Positions 1 to 10,800 of a stretch of DNA of 64,000 nt are shown piece after piece. The stretch comes from a virus: positions 5,034-69,033 of IMG/VR virus record IMGVR_UViG_3300027704_000017. The stretch is one strand, 5' to 3'. A program made the translations under genes and the position numbers. The first letter of the stretch is position 1, and each line of letters begins with the position of its first letter. Below the pieces are notes generated by a model, which searched no databases, was not told where the DNA came from, and saw nothing but the letters and a program-made list of their open reading frames with translations.

Positions 1-1
1 A

Positions 2-229
2 AGTCTTACTATAAGATGTTACGTACAAGCAGAAGACGCAGTTCAAGCTCTTGACGAACTAATGGAAGACGTAGAAACAGTATTAGAAGACAACTCAAGA
101 TTAGCGTACACAAACCGCCAAGGTGGTACTGAGTACACACAACAAATCACACTAGTTAGTATTGATACTGACGAAGGTGTATTAGAACCAATGGGAGTAG
201 GAGAGATCCTACTTGAGGTTCGATATTAG
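2..229 (+). CDS. Tail terminator protein (T5 p142-like), 5'-truncated
   Basis: Manual translation ...IDTDEGVLEPMGVGEILLEVRY*; directly upstream of major tail protein as in T5. Confidence 0.75.
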   Translation, partial: SLTIRCYVQAEDAVQALDELMEDVETVLEDNSRLAYTNRQGGTEYTQQITLVSIDTDEGVLEPMGVGEILLEVRY

Positions 230-292
230 AAAATGCTGGCAAGAGCAAAAGTTCACGTCCAAGCCTTTTCAAGATAACATAGGAGATTAACT

Positions 293-1468
293 ATGGCTGA
301 TACATTATTTTTTAGCAGAGACACCAAAGTCTATGTCGCACCCTTGAATGCAGCGGGTGCAGAAGTAGCTGGTGCAATTTGGGAGATTCCTGTTTTAGAC
401 GGTTTCTCATTCTCACAAGCAACAAACAGTTCAGAGATTACTTTGAACGAAATGGAAGCATCAGGTGGCGGAAGCCGTCGTGGTCGCAAGATGTTTAACG
501 ACTCTTATGCTCCGGCAGAGTGGAGCTTTTCTACTTATGCACGTCCTTTTAAATCTGCATCTTACGCAGCTGGCGGTGCAGACAACCAAGTAGCGCATCA
601 TGCTGTAGAAGAAGCACTATGGGCTATGATGGTCGGCAACGCAGGTGCAGGATATACCGTACCTACTGCCAGTCAAGTATCTGTATGGGCTCAAGGCCTT
701 ACACAAGATGGTACAGATTTAGATATCGATTTTGCTGACTCTAACACTTCTACTTTAGGTACTGCAAACATTTACTTTGTACTGGGTAAAACAGGTGAAA
801 CCGCAACTACTTACAAGATTGCAAATTGCTGTATGAACGAAGCATCTATCGAGTTTGATATTGATGGTATTGCTACTATTGCATGGTCTGGTATGGGTAC
901 TTTCCTTAGCGAAGCATCTGCTCCAACTGCAACTCGTTATGAAGCAATCGGTTCTACTACTAACTTCATTCGCAACCGTCTAACGCAACTTGTTATGACT
1001 ACTGCTGATGATCACTTGCGTTCTACTGGCGAAAGTGCTGATGGCGATACAGATGCAGAGACTTATGCTTTGACTTTGACGGGCGGTAGTATCACTATCT
1101 CTAACAACATGACGTTCTTAACTCCTGAGACAATCGGTGTAGTTAACCAGCCACTCGGCCATGTAACAGGTACTCGTACTATTGGCGGAAGCTTTACTTG
1201 TTACCTCAACTCTGCGGCTGACTCTAGTATGGATCTGTTTGAGCGTATCATTGAAGACAGCGACACTATTACTAATAAGTTTAATCTTAACTTTAAAGTT
1301 GGTGGTGCAAGTGCTGTTCCTCGTATTGAGTTCAATATGGCAGCGTGTCACTTAGAAGTACCAACACACTCGATTGACGATGTAATCTCTTTGGAAGTGA
1401 GTTTCCATGCCCTGGGCACGGACATCAGTTCTACTGACGAGATCGCGATCAAGTATATAGGTGCGTAA
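293..1468 (+). CDS. Major tail tube protein (T5 pb6-like)
   Basis: WEIPVLDGFSFSQ...ITLNE, PAEWSFSTY motifs; AGGAG RBS; synteny. Confidence 0.9.
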   Translation: MADTLFFSRDTKVYVAPLNAAGAEVAGAIWEIPVLDGFSFSQATNSSEITLNEMEASGGGSRRGRKMFNDSYAPAEWSFSTYARPFKSASYAAGGADNQVAHHAVEEALWAMMVGNAGAGYTVPTASQVSVWAQGLTQDGTDLDIDFADSNTSTLGTANIYFVLGKTGETATTYKIANCCMNEASIEFDIDGIATIAWSGMGTFLSEASAPTATRYEAIGSTTNFIRNRLTQLVMTTADDHLRSTGESADGDTDAETYALTLTGGSITISNNMTFLTPETIGVVNQPLGHVTGTRTIGGSFTCYLNSAADSSMDLFERIIEDSDTITNKFNLNFKVGGASAVPRIEFNMAACHLEVPTHSIDDVISLEVSFHALGTDISSTDEIAIKYIGA

Positions 1469-1477
1469 AAAAAGTTC

Positions 1478-1506
1478 TTGACATAGGAGGTTATTTGGAC
1501 TATACT
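1478..1506 (+). promoter_or_regulatory. sigma70-type promoter
   Basis: TTGACA-17bp-TATACT. Confidence 0.75.
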
Positions 1507-1522
1507 ATGTTAATAGAAAAGT

Positions 1523-1548
1523 AAAGGGGCTCTTTCTGGGCCCCTTTT
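1523..1548 (+). terminator. Intrinsic terminator after major tail gene
   Basis: AAAGGGGCTC-TTTCT-GGGCCCCTTTT hairpin plus U-tract. Confidence 0.7.
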
Positions 1549-1563
1549 GCTATCCGGAGAAAA

Positions 1564-2487
1564 ATGGCTACTTACAATATTCTAAAGGAAGCGGAGGTCT
1601 ACATTGTTTACTCAGGTTCACGGTATAGATTAGACGTGACGAGTGACATAAGTTTTAGCCAAACTTTTACGGATAAAACGTACCCCCAAAAGACGTTACA
1701 TGAGCAACATAAGATGCACGAGGCTTCTAATATAAAGAAGGCAAATCCTGCAAATTTTGAGTTTACTATACCTGCCCTTACGCAGAATGCTTTAGATGTT
1801 GTCTTTAATTTATTAGTGGATTATAAGACAGGTACAAATACTTTAAACACTTTTGATTTATATATAAAACTGCCTAACGATGTTTACAAGCTAGAAAAAT
1901 GTGTTATAACGAATGGGACATTCTTAATTGAGAAATTAGAGAACCTCAAGTTGGCCATTTCTGGTGAAGCAAGCAAGTTGACAAGAAACGCTACTCTACC
2001 TACTGCTAGTACAAATCCTGCAGTTACAGTAGTTGCTCCTGGCACAAGAACGTATCAGCAAGTAAAATACTTACAATTAAAGGCTGATACCACAAACCTC
2101 ACTGAAGGAATTTATAAAGTTTCAGTAGAGCTACAAAATGATATTGAGTGGCTTAAATACGAAACTGTCAACGATGCATTAGCAGTTACTACCGCAGATA
2201 ACTCTATGTACCCCTCTGATTTTACTCTAAACAAGAGAATACTCTCCGGTTCTATCGGGCAGTATGTTCTTAGTACCTTTAATAGCGATGTACAGTCTTG
2301 GAAGACTGGCGTAGACATGGTAATTAAAGCGGGAGAGTCTGCAACACAAGGATTTCAATTTGATTTAGAGAAGTGTACCTTCACAAATAGAAATAGTGTA
2401 GCTGACGTATTCACACAGTCCTATGACTGGAAAATGAACGATAACGTTGCCAATCTCGGTGACAAAATTAAATTTAACGCAATATAA
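1564..2487 (+). CDS. Minor tail / baseplate tube protein (T5 p140-like)
   Basis: SFSQTF...KTLH, ANPANFEFTIP; size and position after tube protein. Confidence 0.8.
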   Translation: MATYNILKEAEVYIVYSGSRYRLDVTSDISFSQTFTDKTYPQKTLHEQHKMHEASNIKKANPANFEFTIPALTQNALDVVFNLLVDYKTGTNTLNTFDLYIKLPNDVYKLEKCVITNGTFLIEKLENLKLAISGEASKLTRNATLPTASTNPAVTVVAPGTRTYQQVKYLQLKADTTNLTEGIYKVSVELQNDIEWLKYETVNDALAVTTADNSMYPSDFTLNKRILSGSIGQYVLSTFNSDVQSWKTGVDMVIKAGESATQGFQFDLEKCTFTNRNSVADVFTQSYDWKMNDNVANLGDKIKFNAI

Positions 2488-2500
2488 ATAAGGAATAATA

Positions 2501-2950
2501 ATGGAACTTAAGAAATTAATGGTCGATACCAAAGCAGTCTGGGTTGACTTTCCGGGCTTACCTGGATTTGAAGTAGAGATAGCTAACTTATCTCGCAAAG
2601 AGTTGAATGGCCTTCGTAAGAAGTGTACTACAACTAAGTATGACCGTAAAACTCGTCAAGCTGTAGATAGCTTAGACGAAGAAAAGTTTGTTACAGAGTT
2701 TACCCTTGGTGTAGTTAAGGACTGGAAAGGTCTATCTTTAGAGCACCTCGAAACTTTACTACTAGTAGACATTGACGGACAAGATCCAAAGAAAGAGTTA
2801 GAATATAGCGCAGAAAACGCAGAGACTCTTGTTAGCTCTTCAACTGAATTTGACTCATGGCTCAACGAGGTAGTCTTTGATTTAGATAACTTTCGCTCAA
2901 AGCCAAAAGAACCAGTTATTCCAAAGGCTGGAAAGGTTCTTCAAGAATAG
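2501..2950 (+). CDS. Tail assembly chaperone (gpG-like)
   Basis: Acidic 149-aa ORF between tube and tape measure genes. Confidence 0.75.
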   Translation: MELKKLMVDTKAVWVDFPGLPGFEVEIANLSRKELNGLRKKCTTTKYDRKTRQAVDSLDEEKFVTEFTLGVVKDWKGLSLEHLETLLLVDIDGQDPKKELEYSAENAETLVSSSTEFDSWLNEVVFDLDNFRSKPKEPVIPKAGKVLQE

Positions 2951-2960
2951 CGACTCGAAT

Positions 2961-3281
2961 ATGACGCGAGAGCGTTATCTAAAGATGTGTGATCAACTCG
3001 GGCAAGAGCCTGATGAAGACGAGATTCCTCCTGCCTGGGAGGACTTTCCAGAAGTTGTACTAGATGCCCTAAATACTTTTAATTGTTTAGGGGATAGAAT
3101 GTACCCTGAAATAGGATACATGGGAAAAGACTTTACTAATCTAGGCTACTATATCTCTATATATGAAGTTATAGACAAAGAATTATTTTTAGAGATTCTA
3201 ACTTGGTTAGAGTCAAGGGCTATAGACCAATCTCAGAAAGCACTAAAAAGAGAGAGGGACAAGCTAAAGAGAAAAGCATAG
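2961..3281 (+). CDS. Tail assembly chaperone C-terminal part (gpT-like)
   Basis: Precedes tape measure; its frame is open from 2886, overlapping the upstream chaperone in +1 frame. Confidence 0.7.
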   Translation: MTRERYLKMCDQLGQEPDEDEIPPAWEDFPEVVLDALNTFNCLGDRMYPEIGYMGKDFTNLGYYISIYEVIDKELFLEILTWLESRAIDQSQKALKRERDKLKRKA

Positions 3282-6200
3282 TGGCTGATACGATTACAGT
3301 AACGTACAGAGTTAAAGAGGATGGTAGCTTACAAAAAATCAGTCAAGGTGCTGAAAAAGCTGCCCAGTCTACAACTAAGGCGGGAAAAGCCGGAGACCGG
3401 TATAGCAAAACCCAAAAAGGTATTGCACAAACAGGTCTTAGTGCGGGTAAGTCTATGTCTAAAATGGCCTCTGGAATGGAAGGGGGTCTTGTACCTGCTT
3501 ACGCCACTTTAGCTGCCCATGTTTTCGCAGTAACTGCTGCTTTTGGAATTCTTTCAAGATCTCAATCAGTAAAGCAGCTAAATGAAGGATTACTTTTTAC
3601 AGGTAGAGCTGCGGGTGAAAACCTAACCATCGTAACCAGACATCTTAGAGAGATAACAGATAATGCTATATCGAGTGCCGACGCTATGAAAGCGTTGGCC
3701 GTAGGCGTGTCTGCAGGCTTTAGTGAAAGTCAGATGGAAGGACTTACAAAAGTAGCCAAAGGTGCCTCTTTAGCTCTTGGAAGAGATATGACTGATGCTC
3801 TCGATAGACTTGTACGAGGTGCAGCTAAACTAGAACCAGAAATACTTGACGAATTAGGTATTATGGTAAGACTAGATACAGCAACACAAGCGTATGCAGA
3901 CACCTTAGGAGTAAGTGTAAACAGTTTAAGTCAATTTGAAAGACGAATGGCGTTTACTAATGCTATTATTGCTCAGGGGGAGGAAAAGTTTGGAGCCCTT
4001 TCATTGGCCGTAGAGTCCAATCCTTTTAATATGTTGGCAGCAACTTTTGATAACCTAGTAAAGTCTGTTATGAACTTTGTCAATACTGTAGCGGGTCCAA
4101 TAGCAGGGTTCCTCGCAGGAAATATGACAGCACTAATAGCTACTATAATGGTGCTAGGAACAGGCGTTGTAAGAATGATGGTTCCTGCCTTAACGGCGGG
4201 AGGAGCAGCTGCTGCAGAAATGGCAGAGGGTCTTGCTAAGTCTTCAAAAGCAGCAATTGGTAATACAAAAACTTTCAAAGGCGCTCCTAGAATCTATGAT
4301 TCTTTGGTTAAAAAGATACAGAGTGGCACAGCTTCTCAAAAAGACTTTGATCAGGCTACTACAAGTTTAACAAAGTCTATAAATACCCATGAAAGACAAC
4401 TTGTAAACTTTGAAAAAACTACAAAAGGTGGTACTAAAGCAGTAGAAGAAAAGAAGAAAAAATTACGAGAGAGTAAATCTGCTTTATTACAGTTAACCAC
4501 GGCCCAAGAAATGGAAACACTGGCTACGCGTAAGGCAACACAAGCTGATATACTAAATGCCGCTTCAGCAGGCGACCTTAAACTAATGATAAAACTCTTA
4601 AAAACAGAGATACTAGCAGAAAGGGCCGCAACTGTTTTATCTACTGCAGGTAAAGGTATGATGGCTGCTGCTTATCTTCAAGTAGCAGCAGCAGCAAGAA
4701 TAGCGGCTCTTAGTGTTAAAGCATTTGGACTTGCTGCTCTAAATGCTATCCCTATAATTGGCCAAGTAATAATGATTGCTATGCTACTATGGGAAGGCAT
4801 TAAATGGCTGTTTGGCTCAGATGCAGAAGAAACTATTAACCCTTTGGCAAAAGTTTTAGAAGAGGGCAAGGAACGCTTTGCTGAATTTCCAAATATTATA
4901 AATCAAATGGCAGACTCTTACGAGGCCGCTGTTACAAATTCTCAAAGATATATTATATCTATTACTGCCATGAATGGTGTCATAGCTCAGTCAGTTACTC
5001 AACTAGCTGCACTACAAAACGCTGAGAAGTCAGCGCAAAGAGCCGCTATTACGTCTGCACAACAAAAAGTAAAGCTAGCTCAAAAAGCAAAAAAAGATGC
5101 TGAGGATAGAATGGCCAACAGCGCCATAGCCGTTAATCCTGTAGAAGACGGAGAAGAGTTTGGTCTAATGGCGCAGATGTGGCAAGGCACGAAAGAGCTG
5201 GGAGGGCTTTTTACAGGTCAAACAAGTCTTTATGGGCCTTCCGCTACTGCTGACATGTCCACATATAATGACGCTCTTGAAGAAGCACAAGCTAATTTAA
5301 AAATACTAGGAGGCTTGCCTCCCGTTGGTACAACAAGTGACGCCTTATTACAGGGTACTACTGAGACTATGGCAACTCTTGTAACTACTTTGGAGGCACA
5401 AAGAGATGCAACAACAAAGGGTTCTGAGGAGTGGGAGTACTTTAATAAAACAGCAGGTGAAGCACAGACTTTATTAGATGGACTGACAAAGGAGACACTA
5501 AGCACAACTATTGGAGAGATGCAAAGATTGGAGGGGCGAGTTAGGAAAACTACTTTGTCTTTCAAAGCCTTGAGACAAATAGGTATAGATACTGCTGCTT
5601 TCTTCACCAAACAAAATGCAACTTTTGGAGACTTTAAAACTCCCGTAGACTTACTACAAAAAGCAGTATTAGCCGTTTCTGACACGAGCAAGTCTCAAGC
5701 TCAGATTGATGAAATCATTGCTTCTGTAGGCCAATTTGGAGTTACCGGACGCGAGTCCTTAACTTCGATTTCTAACGCCTATACTAAATTAAACAATCAA
5801 ATAAATGCAAATGCTCTATTAAATGCTATCGAAACAGAAAGAGCTCGTGGAGTCTCCGTATCCGATGAGGTAGCGGGTAAACAAATTCTCGCAGAGCTAG
5901 CAGCAAAGAATACTATACTGGCTTTAGACACCCTTGCCGCCTCTGCAGGAGAGAAAGACATACTAGCGGCAAAAGTAGCTCTTCTGAAGGCGGTTAATAC
6001 AGAAAGACTCGCAGAAAATGCACTAATTGATGCCCGTGTAGCTAAAGACACAAGACTTGGAGGAGACCAGTTTGGTGCTGGTCAGGCTGTCGGTGGTTAT
6101 ATGGAGAAAAATAAAGTTGAGTTTGCTGCAGCAGATGATTCCGGTAAGTTTAAAATGATGGGAGAAGCTGTCAACCCTTTAAACGAACAGTTAAAAAAGC

Positions 6201-7147
6201 TGGGACCAGAGGGAGAGCTTATAGCTTCAGTAGTCGAAGGTGCAATGATAATGGGAGAATCTTTTAGTGCCGCTTTTGACACAATGAATGATAAAAGTGC
6301 AACTACAGGAGAGAAAATGCAAGCAGGTCTGCAAGCGGCATCGTCTGCTTTGAATGCTATTGGTGGCATTATGGCGGCTAACTCCAAAGCCCAAATTAAA
6401 GAAGTAGATAATCAGATAGAAGCTGAAAAGAAGCGCGATGGCAAATCCGCAGGAAGTTTAGCAAAAATAGCTAAACTCGAAAAGAAAAAAGAAGCCATGG
6501 CTAAAAAAGCTTTTGAAGTCAATAAGAAAATGCAAATGGCTCAAGCAGTGGCAAGTACAGCAGCCGCAGTTATCGGAGCTCTAGGCGCTAAGCCTTGGGG
6601 CCCTTGGAACTTTGCACTTGCAGGAATGGTGGGCGCTATGGGCTTAGCTCAATTAGCTGTTATTTCAGGAACCTCCTTCCAAGGAGCAGGTACGAGTGCA
6701 GCTGCTCCCTCAGGCCCTTCCTCCATTTCTACAGGAAGCAGGGGTAATACTGTAGACACTGCCAAATCTAAATCAGCATCAGGAGAGCTTGGATATCTAC
6801 GTGGAGCAGATGGACAAGGTGGAGCCAATAGCTTTAAACCTGCATTCTCTGGATATAAGCACAGAGCTGGAGGAGGCTACGTAGTTGGGGAGCAAGGACC
6901 AGAGGTCTTTATGCCCGAAACTCCAGGAAACATTATCCCGTCTGGCCAAGGCATGGGCGGAACAACAAACGTTAACTTCTCTATCCAAGCAGTAGATGCA
7001 AGCGGTGTAGAAGATTTACTACTTAATCAAAGAGGAAACCTCATAGGCATGATGAGAGAAGCAGCAAACTCATACGGTCAAGACTTTATGGAAGGTATAG
7101 ACACTGCAGTATATACCCCTTCTACAGCAGGAGCTACTAAATACTAA
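3281..7147 (+). CDS. Tape measure protein (T5 pb2-like)
   Basis: Long Ala-rich helical protein; KLEPEILDELGI and GYVVGEQGPEVFMP motifs; GTG start overlapping upstream TAG. Confidence 0.9.
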   Translation: MADTITVTYRVKEDGSLQKISQGAEKAAQSTTKAGKAGDRYSKTQKGIAQTGLSAGKSMSKMASGMEGGLVPAYATLAAHVFAVTAAFGILSRSQSVKQLNEGLLFTGRAAGENLTIVTRHLREITDNAISSADAMKALAVGVSAGFSESQMEGLTKVAKGASLALGRDMTDALDRLVRGAAKLEPEILDELGIMVRLDTATQAYADTLGVSVNSLSQFERRMAFTNAIIAQGEEKFGALSLAVESNPFNMLAATFDNLVKSVMNFVNTVAGPIAGFLAGNMTALIATIMVLGTGVVRMMVPALTAGGAAAAEMAEGLAKSSKAAIGNTKTFKGAPRIYDSLVKKIQSGTASQKDFDQATTSLTKSINTHERQLVNFEKTTKGGTKAVEEKKKKLRESKSALLQLTTAQEMETLATRKATQADILNAASAGDLKLMIKLLKTEILAERAATVLSTAGKGMMAAAYLQVAAAARIAALSVKAFGLAALNAIPIIGQVIMIAMLLWEGIKWLFGSDAEETINPLAKVLEEGKERFAEFPNIINQMADSYEAAVTNSQRYIISITAMNGVIAQSVTQLAALQNAEKSAQRAAITSAQQKVKLAQKAKKDAEDRMANSAIAVNPVEDGEEFGLMAQMWQGTKELGGLFTGQTSLYGPSATADMSTYNDALEEAQANLKILGGLPPVGTTSDALLQGTTETMATLVTTLEAQRDATTKGSEEWEYFNKTAGEAQTLLDGLTKETLSTTIGEMQRLEGRVRKTTLSFKALRQIGIDTAAFFTKQNATFGDFKTPVDLLQKAVLAVSDTSKSQAQIDEIIASVGQFGVTGRESLTSISNAYTKLNNQINANALLNAIETERARGVSVSDEVAGKQILAELAAKNTILALDTLAASAGEKDILAAKVALLKAVNTERLAENALIDARVAKDTRLGGDQFGAGQAVGGYMEKNKVEFAAADDSGKFKMMGEAVNPLNEQLKKLGPEGELIASVVEGAMIMGESFSAAFDTMNDKSATTGEKMQAGLQAASSALNAIGGIMAANSKAQIKEVDNQIEAEKKRDGKSAGSLAKIAKLEKKKEAMAKKAFEVNKKMQMAQAVASTAAAVIGALGAKPWGPWNFALAGMVGAMGLAQLAVISGTSFQGAGTSAAAPSGPSSISTGSRGNTVDTAKSKSASGELGYLRGADGQGGANSFKPAFSGYKHRAGGGYVVGEQGPEVFMPETPGNIIPSGQGMGGTTNVNFSIQAVDASGVEDLLLNQRGNLIGMMREAANSYGQDFMEGIDTAVYTPSTAGATKY

Positions 7148-7872
7148 TGGCATATACAGACGTATTACCCGACCCCAATAACTTAATAACAGACTCTGGT
7201 AAAGCTAGCGGGACTGGAGGAGAAGGCTTTGCTTCGGTATCGCTTTCTTCTAAGTCTCCTACTATGTTTACACAAACTAACTCAGGAAGAATTACTTCTC
7301 GTCAAAAGGCGCAACAGAGTTGGTCTATTGATATAGGATACAATCCTATGACTCGTGAACAATTTGAGCCTGTATATAACTTTATACTTCAAAGAGGTAG
7401 AATGTCGCCTTTTAAAGTATCTTTACCTCAGAATAGAGTACCTCAAGATGCTACTTTTGCAGCGTATGTAGATGGGCCGGTTAATTTGTTTCCTACTACT
7501 AATACAGCAGGCGGGGTCACTTCGTTGCTTCTAGCTAATGATAGCGGAGATACTGGTACAGACTACGTAGTGGCAACTCATAAAACACCAAAACCCGGCG
7601 ATTTATTCAATATCTCAGACTCGAACCATAACAAAACATACCAAGTTACCAGAGTAGAAACTAATACTGACTACACAGGCTCACAGCCTACAACTAACCA
7701 AATTCGTATACAGTTTACTCCGGGTCTGTCAAAAGCTGTAACACATGCAGCGTCTGGTGTAATATTTCATAATCCGCTAATCAGAGTGTTATTAAAATCT
7801 GATGTACAACAATATTCTCTTAATGTAGACGGGCTATACTCGTTTTCATTAAAGCTACAGGAAGCATTATAA
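7147..7872 (+). CDS. Distal tail protein (T5 pb9-like)
   Basis: Follows TMP; LPDPNN...GFASVSL, WSIDIGYNPMTREQFEPV. Confidence 0.8.
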   Translation: MAYTDVLPDPNNLITDSGKASGTGGEGFASVSLSSKSPTMFTQTNSGRITSRQKAQQSWSIDIGYNPMTREQFEPVYNFILQRGRMSPFKVSLPQNRVPQDATFAAYVDGPVNLFPTTNTAGGVTSLLLANDSGDTGTDYVVATHKTPKPGDLFNISDSNHNKTYQVTRVETNTDYTGSQPTTNQIRIQFTPGLSKAVTHAASGVIFHNPLIRVLLKSDVQQYSLNVDGLYSFSLKLQEAL

Positions 7873-7873
7873 T

Positions 7874-10800
7874 ATGGCACATAGAACCCTACACGCAGAC
7901 CTCGAAGCATCTTTACTAGCGAATGATGCTTTTGCATATGCACACCTAGTAAAATTCGAAAAACCTATTGATACGGAAACAGGCTATCCCGTTAAAACAG
8001 CTAAAGACTACGCCTATATAAGCGATGGCTCTCATGATGTGTCCTTTGATGATGGAAGCAAAGATATCAATGGAAACGCTAACGGCTCACAAGTTTATAT
8101 TGCGAACAGGTTGAAGAAAGTAGGCAGTGTTACAGAAACAATACAAGCTCGCGCAAGTAATATAAATTTAGAAATAGATGCCATAGCTCTAAATACTACT
8201 TTTACGTCAGTATCTACATTTACTTCCACCACTTTCACTGCGGGGTCTAGTATAGTAGATGAGGGTTTTGCTGAAGGCGACACAATACTTTTAACTTCAT
8301 CAAACTCAAACAACACTGCTAAGATACGTATCGACTCTTTTTCTAATGAGAATAAAACTGCCTCGTATACTCCTATCAACCGATCAAGTTTATCTACTGG
8401 ATCTGCTAACTATACGTTTAGTTTTGCGTCCGACGAAGTGCAAGCAATTCTTCAAGACACTGGAGAAACCGGCTACGCAGGGTACATAAACCGAGAGGTC
8501 TTTATATATAAAGCGCATATTAACCCTGACACAGGTGTTATTATTGGAGCACCTTACTTACTTTTTAAAGGAATAATAGCTTCCGCAAAATTAAGCGAAA
8601 AATTAAGCGAAGATGTTACAAAAGACTCTAAGATTTCTTGGAGTCTTACTAGTCACTGGGGAGACTTTGTTCGTGTAAACGGTCGTCTTACTTCTGACCC
8701 AGAGCACAGAGCTTTAAACGGAGAAGGAGTATCTGACTCTTTAGCACTTATACGTCCGGAATACGGCAGCGATTTAGGATTTATGCACTCTGAACAAGCA
8801 CTTAATCTTGTTGCCAATTATAATGTTATGGTAACAAAGACTAAACTTAAAATGAAGAGAAAGTGGTATGGAGCTAAAACCTATAAGCAGGTCGAGTATC
8901 AGGAAGAGGAAGAGCGCGAAGTAGATTTACGCTTTAATCTGGATGCAAAAAGACTTCCTGTAGTTTACGGTGTTCAAAGAATCCAAAGCTTTCCTGTGTT
9001 TGTTGATACAAAGAATGATGACTCTAAGCAAGTATATGTAGCTTATGCAATGTGTGAAGGCGAGATCGGAGGTCTTTACGACATATATATAGATGACCAG
9101 TCTTCGATATGTATTGACAAAAACGACTTAACTACACGAAGTGGAGATGCTACTAACTCAGAAGTTATATGTACCGGACGTATGGATAGAGGAGACACTT
9201 TAACAGCACAAAACGTTTCTTCTGGCACAGCAGTATCTTATAATCCTATGACAGGAACTTTTGGATCGGGCTGGGAAGGTTACAATGGTACTGATGGCGC
9301 TTACGGCATATATCTTCGTAACCTCACACCTATTGCTGATACTTCAGTATCAGGCGGGGCCTCTACTCAAGGTGCCGGAATATACCATGAAAAAGGAACA
9401 AAACTAGACTCTCCTTTGCCTATGAAGCTTACTATGCACACAGGTAAACCTTTTCAAAAATCAGATGATACTTTATCTGCTATTGCTGCAGCAGGTAACT
9501 TTAAAATACAAACAGACTATTTTACAGGTACTGGAGATTACTGGGGACCTAACCATCAACTATTAGATACGGCTTATGTTACCGCACACTACACAATAGG
9601 AGAAGGCGATACAACTATTCCCGACTTAGAGTTTGTTGTAAGAGGAAAGGTTATAGATTGTTACGATTACGATGATTCTTTTGTACAAGATTCTTTTTAT
9701 TCTGGCTCTGATGCGGCTATTACCGCTTTTAATATAGGCGATATTGTAACTATAAAAAACACTAGTAATGCTACTCTAGGCACTTCTACTATTGCCGATA
9801 TATCTACTTATAAAGATACAAATAATAACGATGTTCATAGAGTTAGATTCCAAGACTTAGACAGAACTGATAGTAGTAATGTTGTGCACACTGCTTTTTA
9901 TATGTTAAACGGTAGTAATCAAAAGTATAGTTTTGCTACACATGATAATGTTTATGTTGATAGCTCTGTACCTGCAACTCTTACCGCTGTTACTTCATTC
10001 TCCGATAACTCAGGAGGTAGTAGTATAGACGCCACATTTACCTCTCCAAGCACTGCACTTCAAGAAGCTGTAAGTATATCTGACTTTGTAACAATAGTTG
10101 ATAATGCTGATTTAGCAGGCTCTGTAGCTGCTATTATTGATACTATGGGAAGTACTTTTGAGTTTACTAACTCTTCTGGAGTGCTTAGAGACATAGGCGG
10201 TGCTACTGGTGCCTCCTCGCTTGCATCAACTGCTAAAGTAATTATTAAAGATTGTATACAACTCTCAAGCTCTTCTAGCGATACGGATGATGCTTATAAT
10301 GGCATGATTGTAGAAGTTACTCGAAATTATAATGATAACTCTACGCACGTTCAAAAACATACAATTGTTGACTATGATGGAGGTACTCGAGTTGCCAAAG
10401 TTGATAAACCTTTTGATAATATCGCAGTCCCTCAAGCAGGCGATACTTTTAGAATTCTAAATAAAGGAGACAAAAGAGTTTCTTTAAACCCTACTATACA
10501 GTTGGTAGATTACTTGACTTCAGAAAGATATGGCAGAGGTCTTAATGTTCTAGAAGACCTGGACCCAGACTCTTTCAAGCAAGCAGCTCGTGATTGTGAT
10601 ACTCGATCAGACGTAACAATGCTGCTTGCAAATACGTCTGTTGCTTTAAATGCAGTGTACAAATTATTAGACACAAACAGCAAGTTAAGGTTCCAAGGAA
10701 AAGTAAAAACTATTACGGCTGTAACTGTTGGAGGAACTACCTATGACGAAGTTACCTTTACAGATGTTATAGGTAAAGTTGCCAAGAAATGGACTGACTA

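Noticed and set aside
3203-3280. ORF-track N-terminal extensions (TMP; also 38497, 51711, 63824 starts)
   Set aside because: Overlap upstream genes or promoters; better starts lie downstream
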